From Candidatus Hydrogenedentota bacterium (GTDB taxonomy: Bacteria > Hydrogenedentota > Hydrogenedentia > Hydrogenedentales > SLHB01): a DNA stretch of 64,000 nucleotides. Of the stretch, positions 41,390 to 50,934 are shown piece by piece. The position numbers were made by a program, and so were the translations under genes. The stretch covers positions 64,001 through 128,000 of the forward strand of contig CAXXTH010000003.1 of assembly GCA_963668025.2 (NCBI GenBank). The letters are read 5' to 3'. Each line of letters starts with the position of its first letter. Positions within the stretch are counted from its first letter, which is position 1. A model generated the notes under the pieces. That model was not told the origin of the DNA. It searched no databases and saw only the letters and a program-made list of their open reading frames with translations.

Positions 41390-43180
41390 TTAGCCCTCCG
41401 CCTGCTTTCTCCAGCTCGTCTTGAACATGAGCGTGTTCGGGTGTGGCAACACGATGCTCTCGCCGATGGGGGGCAGCGTAATACGCCGCATGCCTCCGGA
41501 ATCCAAGGAGAGGAACGCGTACCGTGGGTCTTCGAGAGCAGTATCGAACGTACACAAGAATCGCTTGGGGCCAGACTTGCCCGTTTCGAGCACATCGATA
41601 CGGATGCCATCCAGAGCGACGGTATCACCTGTTTTCAAGGGGAAGTGTTTATCTCGGAGAAGCTGTTCGAAGAGCCTAGTAAGCATTTCGCCGTCGATGA
41701 TTTCCATTTCAAACGCGTTAGGAGCCGTTCGGGTGAGGCGTGTATCGAAGGGAGCCATGCAGAGCGCATGCATATGACGAGGCACGGGAAGGCCCTGGTG
41801 CGTGCGCATCATTAAGGGATAGTAACCGAGTATGGGATTACCGGCGTTGAGCAGGAAAACTTCCTGGTCGGCAGTCTGGGTGGGATGTATATCCATGCTG
41901 TTGATAACACCAAGCGCTTTTTGATTAATACACCGGATCATCAGTGTCATGCCCGGCCATATGAGGGGCGCGATGATAAGGTGAATGGCAATGAGGGTCC
42001 ATGCCAGTATTCGGGGCCACGTCACAGGCATGTCTATTTTTCGATATCCGGCGCGGATCAAAACGGCTATGGCTGCCGCTCCTCCGAATGACGGGAGCAG
42101 GAGCAGGCGGCCGGATGCAAACGTGGCGCACACGGGCAAGGCGGAAAAGAATGCTCCCCAAAAAAGCCAGCGCAGAGAGGCGCGTTCGCCAGTGGCAAGG
42201 AACGGCCATATGCGGCGCATGGCGAGTATGATGATCCCGGTGAGGACCACGCTGATGGCAATAAATGGAACATATGCGGCGGGCGTGGACGCGCTCATTT
42301 CAACAGGCAAGGCAAAGAAGTGGGCCGCGGCAAGCTGGAGAAGGCACGCAGGCAAGCGTACGAGATAGCCGAGGAGATCACGCGAGGGATCGAGATAAAT
42401 GCCTGAGCCATAAGCGCCATAATTTCCTATTTTGTAAGCTACGATGTATGCCGCGCCCACGATGGCGGCCGGCATGAGGGCGCATATGCGGTTTAGGAGG
42501 CTGCGCTTCGGAGCGCCAGCAGCGCCCATCCATTCGTACGCAAACAGGTAACCGAACACACCGAGAGCGGTTTCACCGCCCAACAGGCCAATTGCGTAAC
42601 CAAGGATGGACAGGGGCAAGCCTGGCTTCCAATTGGCCTCGCGCCATCGCATATGGGCGAAGAATCCAAGGAGTGCGGGCGCTGCAGCGACCAGGGCGTT
42701 ACGATTGGCCCACCACGCTACAGGAAACCAATGGGCCTCATCGACTGCGAACAAAATAAGGGCGAAAGCGCCGAGTCCGCCGGGCAAGGCGCGCCTAAAG
42801 ATCAAGCCAGCTATGGCAACAAAAGCCACATACCAGAGGATGGAATGGGCATGGAACAGCATTCCATTGCGATTGAAAAGCAGATGATCAAGCGCCATGG
42901 TGGCGCAGGTTAATGGCCGCCAAAAGTGTAACTTGAGTTCAGGCAGCGTATACCACGGCAGCGGCCCCATGTTCATGACCTGAAGCGTCGTCTCGATATT
43001 GCCGTCGGCAAAACGGTAGAGATCAAACGTGGTGTTAGTGGATTGATTTCCCATAAGGCCGAGCAATAGGTAGTAGTCGTCTAGGAAGAAGCCGAAACCT
43101 AAGCAGGACAAGGAAACGAGCAAGGCGGCTAATAGGGCGAAAATATAGAAGCGGCTGCTCCGTCCCAATGAGGCCGTCAT
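41390..43180 (-). CDS. multi-TM membrane protein, GT-C-like
   Basis: TM1 then FFLDDY, FWRPL, H..PVAWWANRN, multiple TMs. RBS AAGGAG. Confidence 0.7.
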   Translation of the reverse strand: MTASLGRSSRFYIFALLAALLVSLSCLGFGFFLDDYYLLLGLMGNQSTNTTFDLYRFADGNIETTLQVMNMGPLPWYTLPELKLHFWRPLTCATMALDHLLFNRNGMLFHAHSILWYVAFVAIAGLIFRRALPGGLGAFALILFAVDEAHWFPVAWWANRNALVAAAPALLGFFAHMRWREANWKPGLPLSILGYAIGLLGGETALGVFGYLFAYEWMGAAGAPKRSLLNRICALMPAAIVGAAYIVAYKIGNYGAYGSGIYLDPSRDLLGYLVRLPACLLQLAAAHFFALPVEMSASTPAAYVPFIAISVVLTGIIILAMRRIWPFLATGERASLRWLFWGAFFSALPVCATFASGRLLLLPSFGGAAAIAVLIRAGYRKIDMPVTWPRILAWTLIAIHLIIAPLIWPGMTLMIRCINQKALGVINSMDIHPTQTADQEVFLLNAGNPILGYYPLMMRTHQGLPVPRHMHALCMAPFDTRLTRTAPNAFEMEIIDGEMLTRLFEQLLRDKHFPLKTGDTVALDGIRIDVLETGKSGPKRFLCTFDTALEDPRYAFLSLDSGGMRRITLPPIGESIVLPHPNTLMFKTSWRKQAEG

Positions 43181-43302
43181 GGGATTATATCTCCTTCTGT
43201 ATTGGCGATGAACAGCCCGTGAGGGCGCGTGTTCCATACTTTGTTTGCTATATAAAGGATGGGACCGCACCAGGCATCATTTTGGCGCACCATCAAAATG
43301 GC

Positions 43303-44571
43303 TTATAGCAAGATACGGCGGCAAGTGGGCGGAATATCCAGACCTGCCGTGGAATTCCGCGTATCATAAATTATTTTCGCCTCACGAAGAAGGGCGGCAT
43401 AATCAAAAGCTTTATGGTTTGTGATAATGACAATACAATCGAATTCCGATATGCCTTTCGCCAGGTCATATGCCTTCATGACGCCGCTAGGCACATGCAA
43501 TTCGGGCACATAGGGGTCCGCGTAGTCCACTTTCGCCCCGCGTTGCTGCAACAAGCCAATCACGTCAATGGCAGGTGATTCGCGCGTATCGTTCACATCG
43601 GGCTTATACGCCACGCCCAGCACGAGAATGCGGCTGCCGCGCACGCTTTTCTCGTCATCGTTCAAGATGTCGGCAATCTTAGTAGCCACATATGCGGGCA
43701 TGCTGGCGTTGATGCTGTTGGCCAATTCGATAAATCGCGCCGTGTAATTAATGGTTTTCAGTTTCCAGCTCAAATAGAGCGGGTCAATAGGGATGCAGTG
43801 TCCGCCTAATCCAGGCCCGGGATAAAAAGGCATGAAGCCGAAAGGCTTGGTCTTCGCGGCATTAATGACTTCCCATACATCAATGCCCAGATGGCCGCAC
43901 ATGATGGCCAGTTCGTTCACAAGCCCAATATTAATGGCGCGAAAGGTGTTCTCGAGCAGCTTCACCATTTCCCCGACAATCGCGCTGGAAACGGGCACCA
44001 CCGTATCGACGGCGTGATGGTATAATTCGATGGCGCGGCGCGTGCATTCCGGTGTTATACCGCCCACCACTTTCGGCGTGTTGCGCACTGTGTAATACGC
44101 ATTGCCAGGGTCCACGCGCTCCGGCGAAAAGGCGAGGAAGAAATCCACACCCACTTTTAGCCCTGTTTCTTCGAGGCGCGGCAGCAAAAGCTCAACTGTC
44201 GTTCCCGGATACGTGGTGCTTTGTAATACAACCAGCATGCCTTGATGCAAATGCTTCGCCACCTCGTCCACGGCGGACACAATGTAAGACATATCCGGGT
44301 CTTGGCTTTTTCGCAACGGCGTCGGCACGCATATCGCCACGGCGTCGCAATCACGCAGCACGGAAAAATCCATTGTAGCCGAAAAGCGCCCCGCGTCCAC
44401 CAGTTCTTTCACTGAAGCGTCCGGCACGTCAAGTACGTACGAGCGCCCGGCGTTGATTTGGGCTACTTTGCTTTGCAGGACGTCTATTCCGATGACTTGA
44501 ACGCCGCCGCGCCCAAATTCAATACATAATGGAAGGCCCACATAACCTAGGCCCATTACAGCCACACGCAT
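43303..44571 (-). CDS. nucleotide-sugar dehydrogenase (UDP-GlcNAc/ManNAc 6-dehydrogenase family)
   Basis: GLGYVGLP, CVPTP, STTYPGT, FSPERVDPG, KLLENTFR, GPGLGGHCIP, AYKPDVNDTRESP. Confidence 0.93.
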   Translation of the reverse strand: MRVAVMGLGYVGLPLCIEFGRGGVQVIGIDVLQSKVAQINAGRSYVLDVPDASVKELVDAGRFSATMDFSVLRDCDAVAICVPTPLRKSQDPDMSYIVSAVDEVAKHLHQGMLVVLQSTTYPGTTVELLLPRLEETGLKVGVDFFLAFSPERVDPGNAYYTVRNTPKVVGGITPECTRRAIELYHHAVDTVVPVSSAIVGEMVKLLENTFRAINIGLVNELAIMCGHLGIDVWEVINAAKTKPFGFMPFYPGPGLGGHCIPIDPLYLSWKLKTINYTARFIELANSINASMPAYVATKIADILNDDEKSVRGSRILVLGVAYKPDVNDTRESPAIDVIGLLQQRGAKVDYADPYVPELHVPSGVMKAYDLAKGISEFDCIVIITNHKAFDYAALLREAKIIYDTRNSTAGLDIPPTCRRILL

Positions 44572-44691
44572 ACAATCGATTTCCTTTCCAGGGATTGAGG
44601 CGGCTTGCACGCCGCCTGCGCCGCTCAAGGGATTCTACTGCATTTCACCCATTCTCCCCAAGCGTTTTACAGGATATTTCACCCGCATGAT

Positions 44692-46716
44692 TCATGCGTA
44701 CTCGATGGCCACCATTTGATGGCCTTCTAGCAAAGGTATGATGAATTCCACCCGCCCGCTTCTTTCTTCGAAAGGCATTTGCACATTCACCGGCTGGCAC
44801 ACCACTCGTTTCACTTGCTTCGGCGTGCGCACGGATACAGAGACATCATAAAGAGGGATAATATCCTCAATGGTATCGAAGGCTTCTCCCCGGCGTTCGG
44901 GAATGTAATGAATCAAATGCACGATCCATCGATTCTGCGCGGGCTGCGCATTCACGGTGGCCCGAAGGGTCGTGGGACCTTCGATGCGTAAAAGTGGATC
45001 GGGTAGAAGCATGTTGAGTGCGTTCATGACCATCCGTTTGCACCACGAGGGCGCATTGCGCCGGTATTGAGTGAAGACGGGATGGGCGAAATAGATCAAT
45101 TTGCCCCGCTGGACGACGGCTGGGTAGGCCTCCTTGCCTGCGGAAGGCGTGTGCAGGTGCGAACAAAAGTGGTCGAAGGTGCGGTTGAAATAGGGTTCCG
45201 TGGCTTTGGCGAGTACTTTCGCGCCCTTTTCAACTTTAACCTCAAGGCCGCGCATATACATCACATGCTCCGTTTCCGGCAATCCAGCGCCGATAGGGCC
45301 GGACGGCTTGATGAAATCGGGGCTGTAAGGCGCATCGCCTTTCAAGCGTATTCCGAACTCAACCAAGGCGAAGCCTGATCCGTCAAGCCTTAATCCCGAT
45401 TTGTAGGAAGCCAGTATCGCGCCGCCTTGTTCGAGATAATCCTGCAAGCGCTTGGCAAGCTCGCTAGATACCGGGATTGTATCTGGCAGCACCAGCACCC
45501 GGTATGCGCTGAAGTCTTCATGACTGTCAACGACGTTAAATTGATAGACCGGCTGCCCCGGCATATCCGTGGGGCTTGCCGGTTCTTGGAGCATGGCTAC
45601 GCAGCCGAATGATTCCGTCGGTACGGCGTTATGGCCCCCATCAAGACTAAAAGCTTCCGGCGACAACACCGCGATTTCCGTCAAAGGTTCCGCGCCTTTG
45701 CACCAAGGCTCCTTTTCTTCCACTTGGGCATATACGCTGCCGATCAGATCATAGGTATGCGGGCAGATGCGGCCCGAAGGATGTAGTTGATCACCCACAC
45801 TGCATTTTGCACCTAGCGCCAGCATGGTAAAACACTCGAATTCGAGCGCTTGGCGGTTCTTAAAGGAGTGGAAATCCCCCCATGAAGTGTGGAATTTACC
45901 GGTCATGCCCAGAATATTCTTGTTTAGCGTGCGCGCATAACGCGCCGTCAACGGAAAATGCAGGTATCCCCAGCCGCCGCTGGGCAAAGACTCGAGTTCA
46001 TAATGTGTGAATACGCTAGACACCTCGCGCAGGCGAGGCCCGATATGGCCCGCATTGAAGAAAATGCGGCATTCGGTGTTGTGTTCTCGAATGAAGGCGG
46101 CCATGCCATCCATAAAACGATTCAACACCTTGACGCCAAACTGTTTGCGCGCCTCCTTATCGGAAGGATCCAACCCTTCCGCCTCCATCTCCGCCCGGCA
46201 GTAATAACATGAACAATCCATCGGCTTCACGATGTCGAGAAAGAGCCCATCCGTGGGAAGCGTGGATAGAATCTCGTGAATATGGGCTTTCAAATACTCA
46301 ACATAAGGCGTATTCACGCACAAATAACGGTAAAAGCCAGGCTCATAAGGAGGCGTGCCTTCCAGCCTTCCATCCGGCCCCACCACCACCCAGTCCGGAT
46401 GCTGCCGCGACATGGCGTAATCCCATTCAATGGAGGTGTAAATGGGAACCTGAATGCCCTGGGCATGGCATGCCTCGATTTGCTCCCGCAATAAATCGCG
46501 CGTCAAATGGGGATGGCGCATCTCGGGGAAAGCTTTTGTGTCGTAATAAAACCAGCCATGGTGGCATCGGGCAAAGCAAGTAACGGAATTCACATGGGCT
46601 TTAGCAAGGGTGTCCGCGAACGCTTCCGGCTCGAACGCCGCCCCAATGCCGGCAATGTGTTCGCTTGTGTGAAAGTCCAGATGAATTTGGCGGCTTGGCA
46701 ATTCCTGCGTCATCAT
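44692..46716 (-). CDS. putative glycoside hydrolase (GHL6/alpha-fucosidase-like TIM barrel with beta-galactosidase trimerisation domain)
   Basis: RQIHLDFHTS, FARCHHGW, DGLFLDI, ELESLPSGGWGY, GMTGKFHTSWGDF, GDQLHP. Confidence 0.8.
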   Translation of the reverse strand: MMTQELPSRQIHLDFHTSEHIAGIGAAFEPEAFADTLAKAHVNSVTCFARCHHGWFYYDTKAFPEMRHPHLTRDLLREQIEACHAQGIQVPIYTSIEWDYAMSRQHPDWVVVGPDGRLEGTPPYEPGFYRYLCVNTPYVEYLKAHIHEILSTLPTDGLFLDIVKPMDCSCYYCRAEMEAEGLDPSDKEARKQFGVKVLNRFMDGMAAFIREHNTECRIFFNAGHIGPRLREVSSVFTHYELESLPSGGWGYLHFPLTARYARTLNKNILGMTGKFHTSWGDFHSFKNRQALEFECFTMLALGAKCSVGDQLHPSGRICPHTYDLIGSVYAQVEEKEPWCKGAEPLTEIAVLSPEAFSLDGGHNAVPTESFGCVAMLQEPASPTDMPGQPVYQFNVVDSHEDFSAYRVLVLPDTIPVSSELAKRLQDYLEQGGAILASYKSGLRLDGSGFALVEFGIRLKGDAPYSPDFIKPSGPIGAGLPETEHVMYMRGLEVKVEKGAKVLAKATEPYFNRTFDHFCSHLHTPSAGKEAYPAVVQRGKLIYFAHPVFTQYRRNAPSWCKRMVMNALNMLLPDPLLRIEGPTTLRATVNAQPAQNRWIVHLIHYIPERRGEAFDTIEDIIPLYDVSVSVRTPKQVKRVVCQPVNVQMPFEERSGRVEFIIPLLEGHQMVAIEYA

Positions 46717-47011
46717 AAGCCCCCCTTTGGGATAGCGCCTGCGGCGAATTCCACTGATTCCCACAAGCAAAACCTGCCAAAACACCTGCCACCTTACACT
46801 ATAAGAAAAAGGAAATCGAATCCGAACAAGGCCGAAATGGGTATTTTTCGTGGAGTACAGAAATTTTCTATCAAAAAAGCTTGATATGTGTTCGAGCATC
46901 ATGTACAAATTCTAACCTGTATGTTGCGCCACGATGCGTGTATCCGGTCGCGGCATTACTAGCTGGTGTGGTTTTTAGAAAAGTGGTCTTCCAATGAAAG
47001 GGGTCAAAACA

Positions 47012-48565
47012 ATGAAGTGGTGGAAAGCATGCATGCTTGCCGTTTTAGCGTTCGCGCTTGCGGCGCCGGCTTTTGCCGAGCTGCAAAATGTGCAAGTGGG
47101 TGGTGAATTGCGTATTCGGTACAATTACATCGGTTCCAACTACGATTCAACCAATGGGATTCGTCCCCTTTACCCGCCTGCGTGGATCGCGGGCCGTCCC
47201 ATGGGTATCGCTGCGGCGATTTATGGCTGGGACAAAGACAGCAACGCCTCCAAGTTCACAGAAATGCGCACTCGCTTGAATGTCAAAGCGGATTTTACGG
47301 ATGAAGTTTGCGCGTATGTCGAATTTGACAGCTATGACATCTGGGGTGAAGATTTCCGCTCGAATTACGTTACTGGTGCGGATTTCCGCCAGAACGACGC
47401 CAATGATGATGTTTCCGTTTATCAAGCGTATATCCAAGCCAAAAATATGTGGGGAACGCCCCTCCAGTTGCGCGTTGGCCGCCAGGAATTGGCCTTCGGC
47501 AGCCAGTGGCTCGTCGGCACGAAAGATTTCGGCCCGAACTTCGTTGGCCAGTCCTTTGACGCCTTGCGCCTCACGTATGCCACCGATATGTTCAGCGTAG
47601 ATGCATTCGCCGCGAAATTGGCGGAAGCGGGCTTAGCTGAAGAAGACGGCGACACGGATTTCTACGGCGTGTATGCTTCATGCACGGCCGTTGAAAACTG
47701 GACCTTTGACGCCTACTACTTCTTGCTTCGGGATGCCGCGGCGTATTCCGATTCCGATCAAGACTGGTTCTCGGAAGCCATCCAAGACTGGTTCGGCGTG
47801 GATGATTACGATCCCACCAACCTGAACACCGTTGGCCTGCGCGCTAATGGAACCTGGAACGCCTTCGATTTCAATGCGGAAGCCGCCTACCAGTTCGGTG
47901 ATGCGGGCCGCATTGGCTCCATGTTCCGTAATTTGGTTGTTGGCGATGAAGATGCCGAATTCGACAATTGGGGCGGCACGGTGGAAGCCGGCTATACGTT
48001 TGATATGGCATGGACTCCGCGCGTCTTCTTGGGCGCGGATTATATCGGCGGTGAAGACAACCGCGACCTCTCCTGGTTCCAGTGGTGGTGGCCCTTCGAC
48101 AAGCCCCAATCGAGCATCAGCTTCAATCGCTTGTTCTCGAATCAGATGTACAGCGGTTTCTTAGACTTGAACAATGACTTGTCGAACGTGTGGATCGCCC
48201 GCGGCGGTGCGACGGTTCATCCTCTCGAGAGCGTTTCGGTTACGGGTATCGTGAGCCACTTCGAAGCCCTCGATCCTTTTGATGCGCCGTATTTCTGGAA
48301 ATTCGGCAACTTCATCGTTCCGCTTTTCCCCAATCGCAGCTATGCCGCCGAAGAAAATTCGAGCGATCTGGGCTGGCAAGTGGACCTGATCACTTCCTAC
48401 AACTACACGGAAGACCTGTCCTTTGTTGTTCATTATGCTCATCTGTTTGTTGGGGATGGCCTTACCGACGGCGCCTATTCCGCCTATAATGGCCTGGTCT
48501 CGACACAAGGCACGGATAATGACGATAGCGATTACATCGCCTTCGAGACGCGCCTTCGCTTCTAA
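47012..48565 (+). CDS. alginate-export (AlgE-like) outer-membrane beta-barrel
   Basis: Signal peptide ending AFA-E, GGELRIR, YQAYI, LRVGRQELAFG, SFDALR, C-terminal F. Confidence 0.8.
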   Translation: MKWWKACMLAVLAFALAAPAFAELQNVQVGGELRIRYNYIGSNYDSTNGIRPLYPPAWIAGRPMGIAAAIYGWDKDSNASKFTEMRTRLNVKADFTDEVCAYVEFDSYDIWGEDFRSNYVTGADFRQNDANDDVSVYQAYIQAKNMWGTPLQLRVGRQELAFGSQWLVGTKDFGPNFVGQSFDALRLTYATDMFSVDAFAAKLAEAGLAEEDGDTDFYGVYASCTAVENWTFDAYYFLLRDAAAYSDSDQDWFSEAIQDWFGVDDYDPTNLNTVGLRANGTWNAFDFNAEAAYQFGDAGRIGSMFRNLVVGDEDAEFDNWGGTVEAGYTFDMAWTPRVFLGADYIGGEDNRDLSWFQWWWPFDKPQSSISFNRLFSNQMYSGFLDLNNDLSNVWIARGGATVHPLESVSVTGIVSHFEALDPFDAPYFWKFGNFIVPLFPNRSYAAEENSSDLGWQVDLITSYNYTEDLSFVVHYAHLFVGDGLTDGAYSAYNGLVSTQGTDNDDSDYIAFETRLRF

Positions 48566-48586
48566 TACGTTTAAGTGTTAAATAAG

Positions 48587-48629
48587 AACAGAGCAAAGCT
48601 GGTTTATATCCGGCTTTGCTCTGTTTTTT
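48587..48629 (+). terminator. rho-independent terminator
   Basis: AACAGAGCAAAGCTGG...CCGGCTTTGCTCTGTT followed by a T run. Confidence 0.8.
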
Positions 48630-48756
48630 GAGCCTCTTGCGCTATTATCTGGCAAAACGTTGTTTTCTGGCAAATATTTTTGTGTAAACCAATGTATTTT
48701 AACTGGTTAGGATCTACGATTTTTGCATAGTATTTTTGTCGGTAAATCTTTTGAAC

Positions 48757-48852
48757 GGTGGGGCAAGCCCCACCCTACCCATCTGAATTTTAGTGTATTT
48801 AGTGTATTTCGTGGTCTAAAATCCGGCTCTTTGGTTGCGGCTACGCTGCGCT
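48757..48852 (-). repeat. cluster of REP-like/short repeats
   Basis: Minus-strand GTAG-GGTGGGGC-tt-GCCCCACC; tandem TTTAGTGTA x2 then TTTCGTG; GCGGCTACGCTGC hairpin. Confidence 0.55.
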
Positions 48853-48904
48853 AAGCCTTATGAGGCCCAAGATATTTCCTTGGGTGTGCGTCCCAATTGT
48901 GCTT

Positions 48905-50219
48905 TCATGCGGCATCTTTCCTAGCTCTGTCGGCCCAGAAGTCTTCGAAGTCTCTGTTCAAGAAGGCGCATCGTAGCGTAATGATCTTGTTTGCACCGTT
49001 GACCGTCCATCTCATTCCGGACTGCTTGAGCCGTTTTCCTACAACATTTTTGCAGCCGGCCTCTATGACGCCGGAGCCGACGAACAGTTTTTGTTCCCGG
49101 AATTCGGCATAGCGCATCATGTGGGCGCGGCTGCCCAGATACAGAAAATGTTCCCAGGCCGCCTTGCCGTCATCGTCGTGGCTGGGCATGTGTGGCCGCA
49201 GTAGCTCCAGGGCCTGCGCGGCCTCTCCCTGCCGCACGAGTTCGCTGAGGCTTTGGCGCATCCGCATCCCCAGCTCAGTGGTCTTCCCAAAGAGCAGCGC
49301 GCACAACAGCGCCAGGTGTTCCAGTGCGTGATACAGGTCGAGGATGTGAACGGCCCCGGGGAAGTAGTCGGCGGCGATGTTCGCTATCCATTGCGCGCCG
49401 TCGGAAAGGACCACCACCTTTTGCGCGCGTTCCAGTCCACGGCGCTGGGCTTCGGCGAAGATGCGGCCTGCAAAGGCTTCGGCGTTTTCCACGGCGCCGG
49501 AAAAGGTGGTGCTGCCGGGGTCGCGCACCGGCTCCCCCTTCTCGTCCGTGCTGGTTTGTGTGAAGACGCATCCGATTTTGGCCTCACGGGTTTTGGCGGA
49601 TCCGTCTTGCGCCTTTCCCTTGCGCCCGTCCCGTTTCGGACTTGACGACGGGAACCCCCGTGCCGTCCATTTCGATGTACAGGACGGGAATCTCATCGCC
49701 GGTGCTGGGCTGCGCGGGGTTTGACGGATGCCCGCGCCGCTGCTTTTCCCACGCGGCCACGTCCGCTCCCGTCTGCTCGCTGGACCGCTCGCAGTCCTTG
49801 GCGCTCACGCTGATGCCCGCCAGTTCTTTTAGATCCCCGGCGGCGTCCGCGAAGCTTTCCCGCGCGCCAAGGCGCGCCGTCATTCGCCTGACGCCGGGCG
49901 AACGCGAAGTGCCCGCGACATCCAGCAGTTCGTCCGCTGGATAGGCGGTGGCCCCGCATGGGCAGCGGTACATCGCGCGCTCCTGCGTGACGTTCCCCAG
50001 AATGGTCGTGATGCGCCTGGCCCGCATGCCCGCGCGGCGCATGGGATGGCCGCACAGCGGGCACGCATGCTCCTGGCCCTGGACAATGGCGTTTGCCTTG
50101 TCGAACAGGACGGCCAGCGTCTTTCCCGCGCCTTCCAGGGCGGCGGTGCGGATGAGTTTCTCCGTTGCTTCAAAGTCCACGCCGCGGTCCCGGCGGACTA
50201 GCGCCAGCGCCCGCGACAT
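48905..50219 (-). pseudogene. ISKra4-like DDE transposase split by one extra C at ~49630
   Basis: Matches the intact copy 55074-56387 except GTCCCGTTT versus GTCCGTTT. Could be a read error. Confidence 0.8.
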
Positions 50220-50242
50220 TTCCGCGGACCTTTCCAGTTCGA

Positions 50243-50605
50243 CTAGAGCCCTTTTTTTTGCCGCTCGTGGGCGGCCTCCTTGTCGCGCTCAAGCTCTCCG
50301 AGCTGTTGTGTCAGCTCGCAAAAGCGTTCGGCGAGTTCGTGAATACGCTTGCTGTTGTCCGTCTGTTCACGGGCGCGCCGCACGTCCTCGGGACTTCGCA
50401 GCCGCTGCCGCCGGGGCTTTCCCTGCTCGTACCACTGCAGGGAGTAATAAGGTCCCCGTTCCACGGCCTCCGGCATGTCCTTGCGTGTGCCCTTGACCAT
50501 TTGCTCCGACACGCCGCCCGGGTGGGCGCTTCGAATGGCGCGCATCTGCCCCAAAATACATTCCCGTTGCGCTTCAATCGTCTCAATGTTCATGGCGGCC
50601 TCCAT
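50243..50605 (-). CDS. IS upstream ORF (orfA)
   Basis: 120 aa, identical in both IS copies. Ends CAA AAA AAA GGG CTC TAG, overlapping the transposase frame at -1. Confidence 0.75.
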   Translation of the reverse strand: MEAAMNIETIEAQRECILGQMRAIRSAHPGGVSEQMVKGTRKDMPEAVERGPYYSLQWYEQGKPRRQRLRSPEDVRRAREQTDNSKRIHELAERFCELTQQLGELERDKEAAHERQKKGL

Positions 50606-50759
50606 TTGTGTCTATACAGACACAAAATTATACCGCAAAAAACATCTGGACGCAACGAAACACAATCATGGCGCACACCCTATTTCCTTTTTTGTATGAA
50701 GTCCAGGTGTGCTATACTGATATCCGTAAAGCTGAGTCTAGAGAGGAGTATGTTCAACG

Positions 50760-50909
50760 ATGACTGCGATGACCTTATTCGCCCCCGTGTTAAACATCGC
50801 CCAAAACACGGTAGATGCGTTTTTAATGCCCATCAACTTCGTCATGCGCATGTTTGATCATGATGAGGTGGAATTTGACGTGACCACTTTTGTACAAGAC
50901 ATCATCTGA
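50760..50909 (+). CDS. small 49-aa protein (below the ORF-track length cutoff)
   Basis: MTAMTLFAPVLNIAQNTVDAFLMPINFVMRMFDHDEVEFDVTTFVQDII. Extended -10 TGcTATACT at 50710-50718, GAGGAG at 50743-50748, downstream hairpin. Confidence 0.5.
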   Translation: MTAMTLFAPVLNIAQNTVDAFLMPINFVMRMFDHDEVEFDVTTFVQDII

Positions 50910-50910
50910 A

Positions 50911-50934
50911 GAAAAATCCGCCGGGAGGCGGATT
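50911..50934. terminator. hairpin terminator between convergent genes
   Basis: AATCCGCC-ggga-GGCGGATT with an A run upstream (U tail on the minus strand). Confidence 0.55.

Larger units (their letters stand above)
48882..50680 (-). mobile_element. ISKra4-like insertion sequence, copy 1
   Basis: TIRs GGGTGTGCGtcccaATTGTG / CACAATcatggCGCACACCC. 9-bp TSD TATTTCCTT at 48873-48881 and 50681-50689. Near-identical to 55051-56848. Confidence 0.92.
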
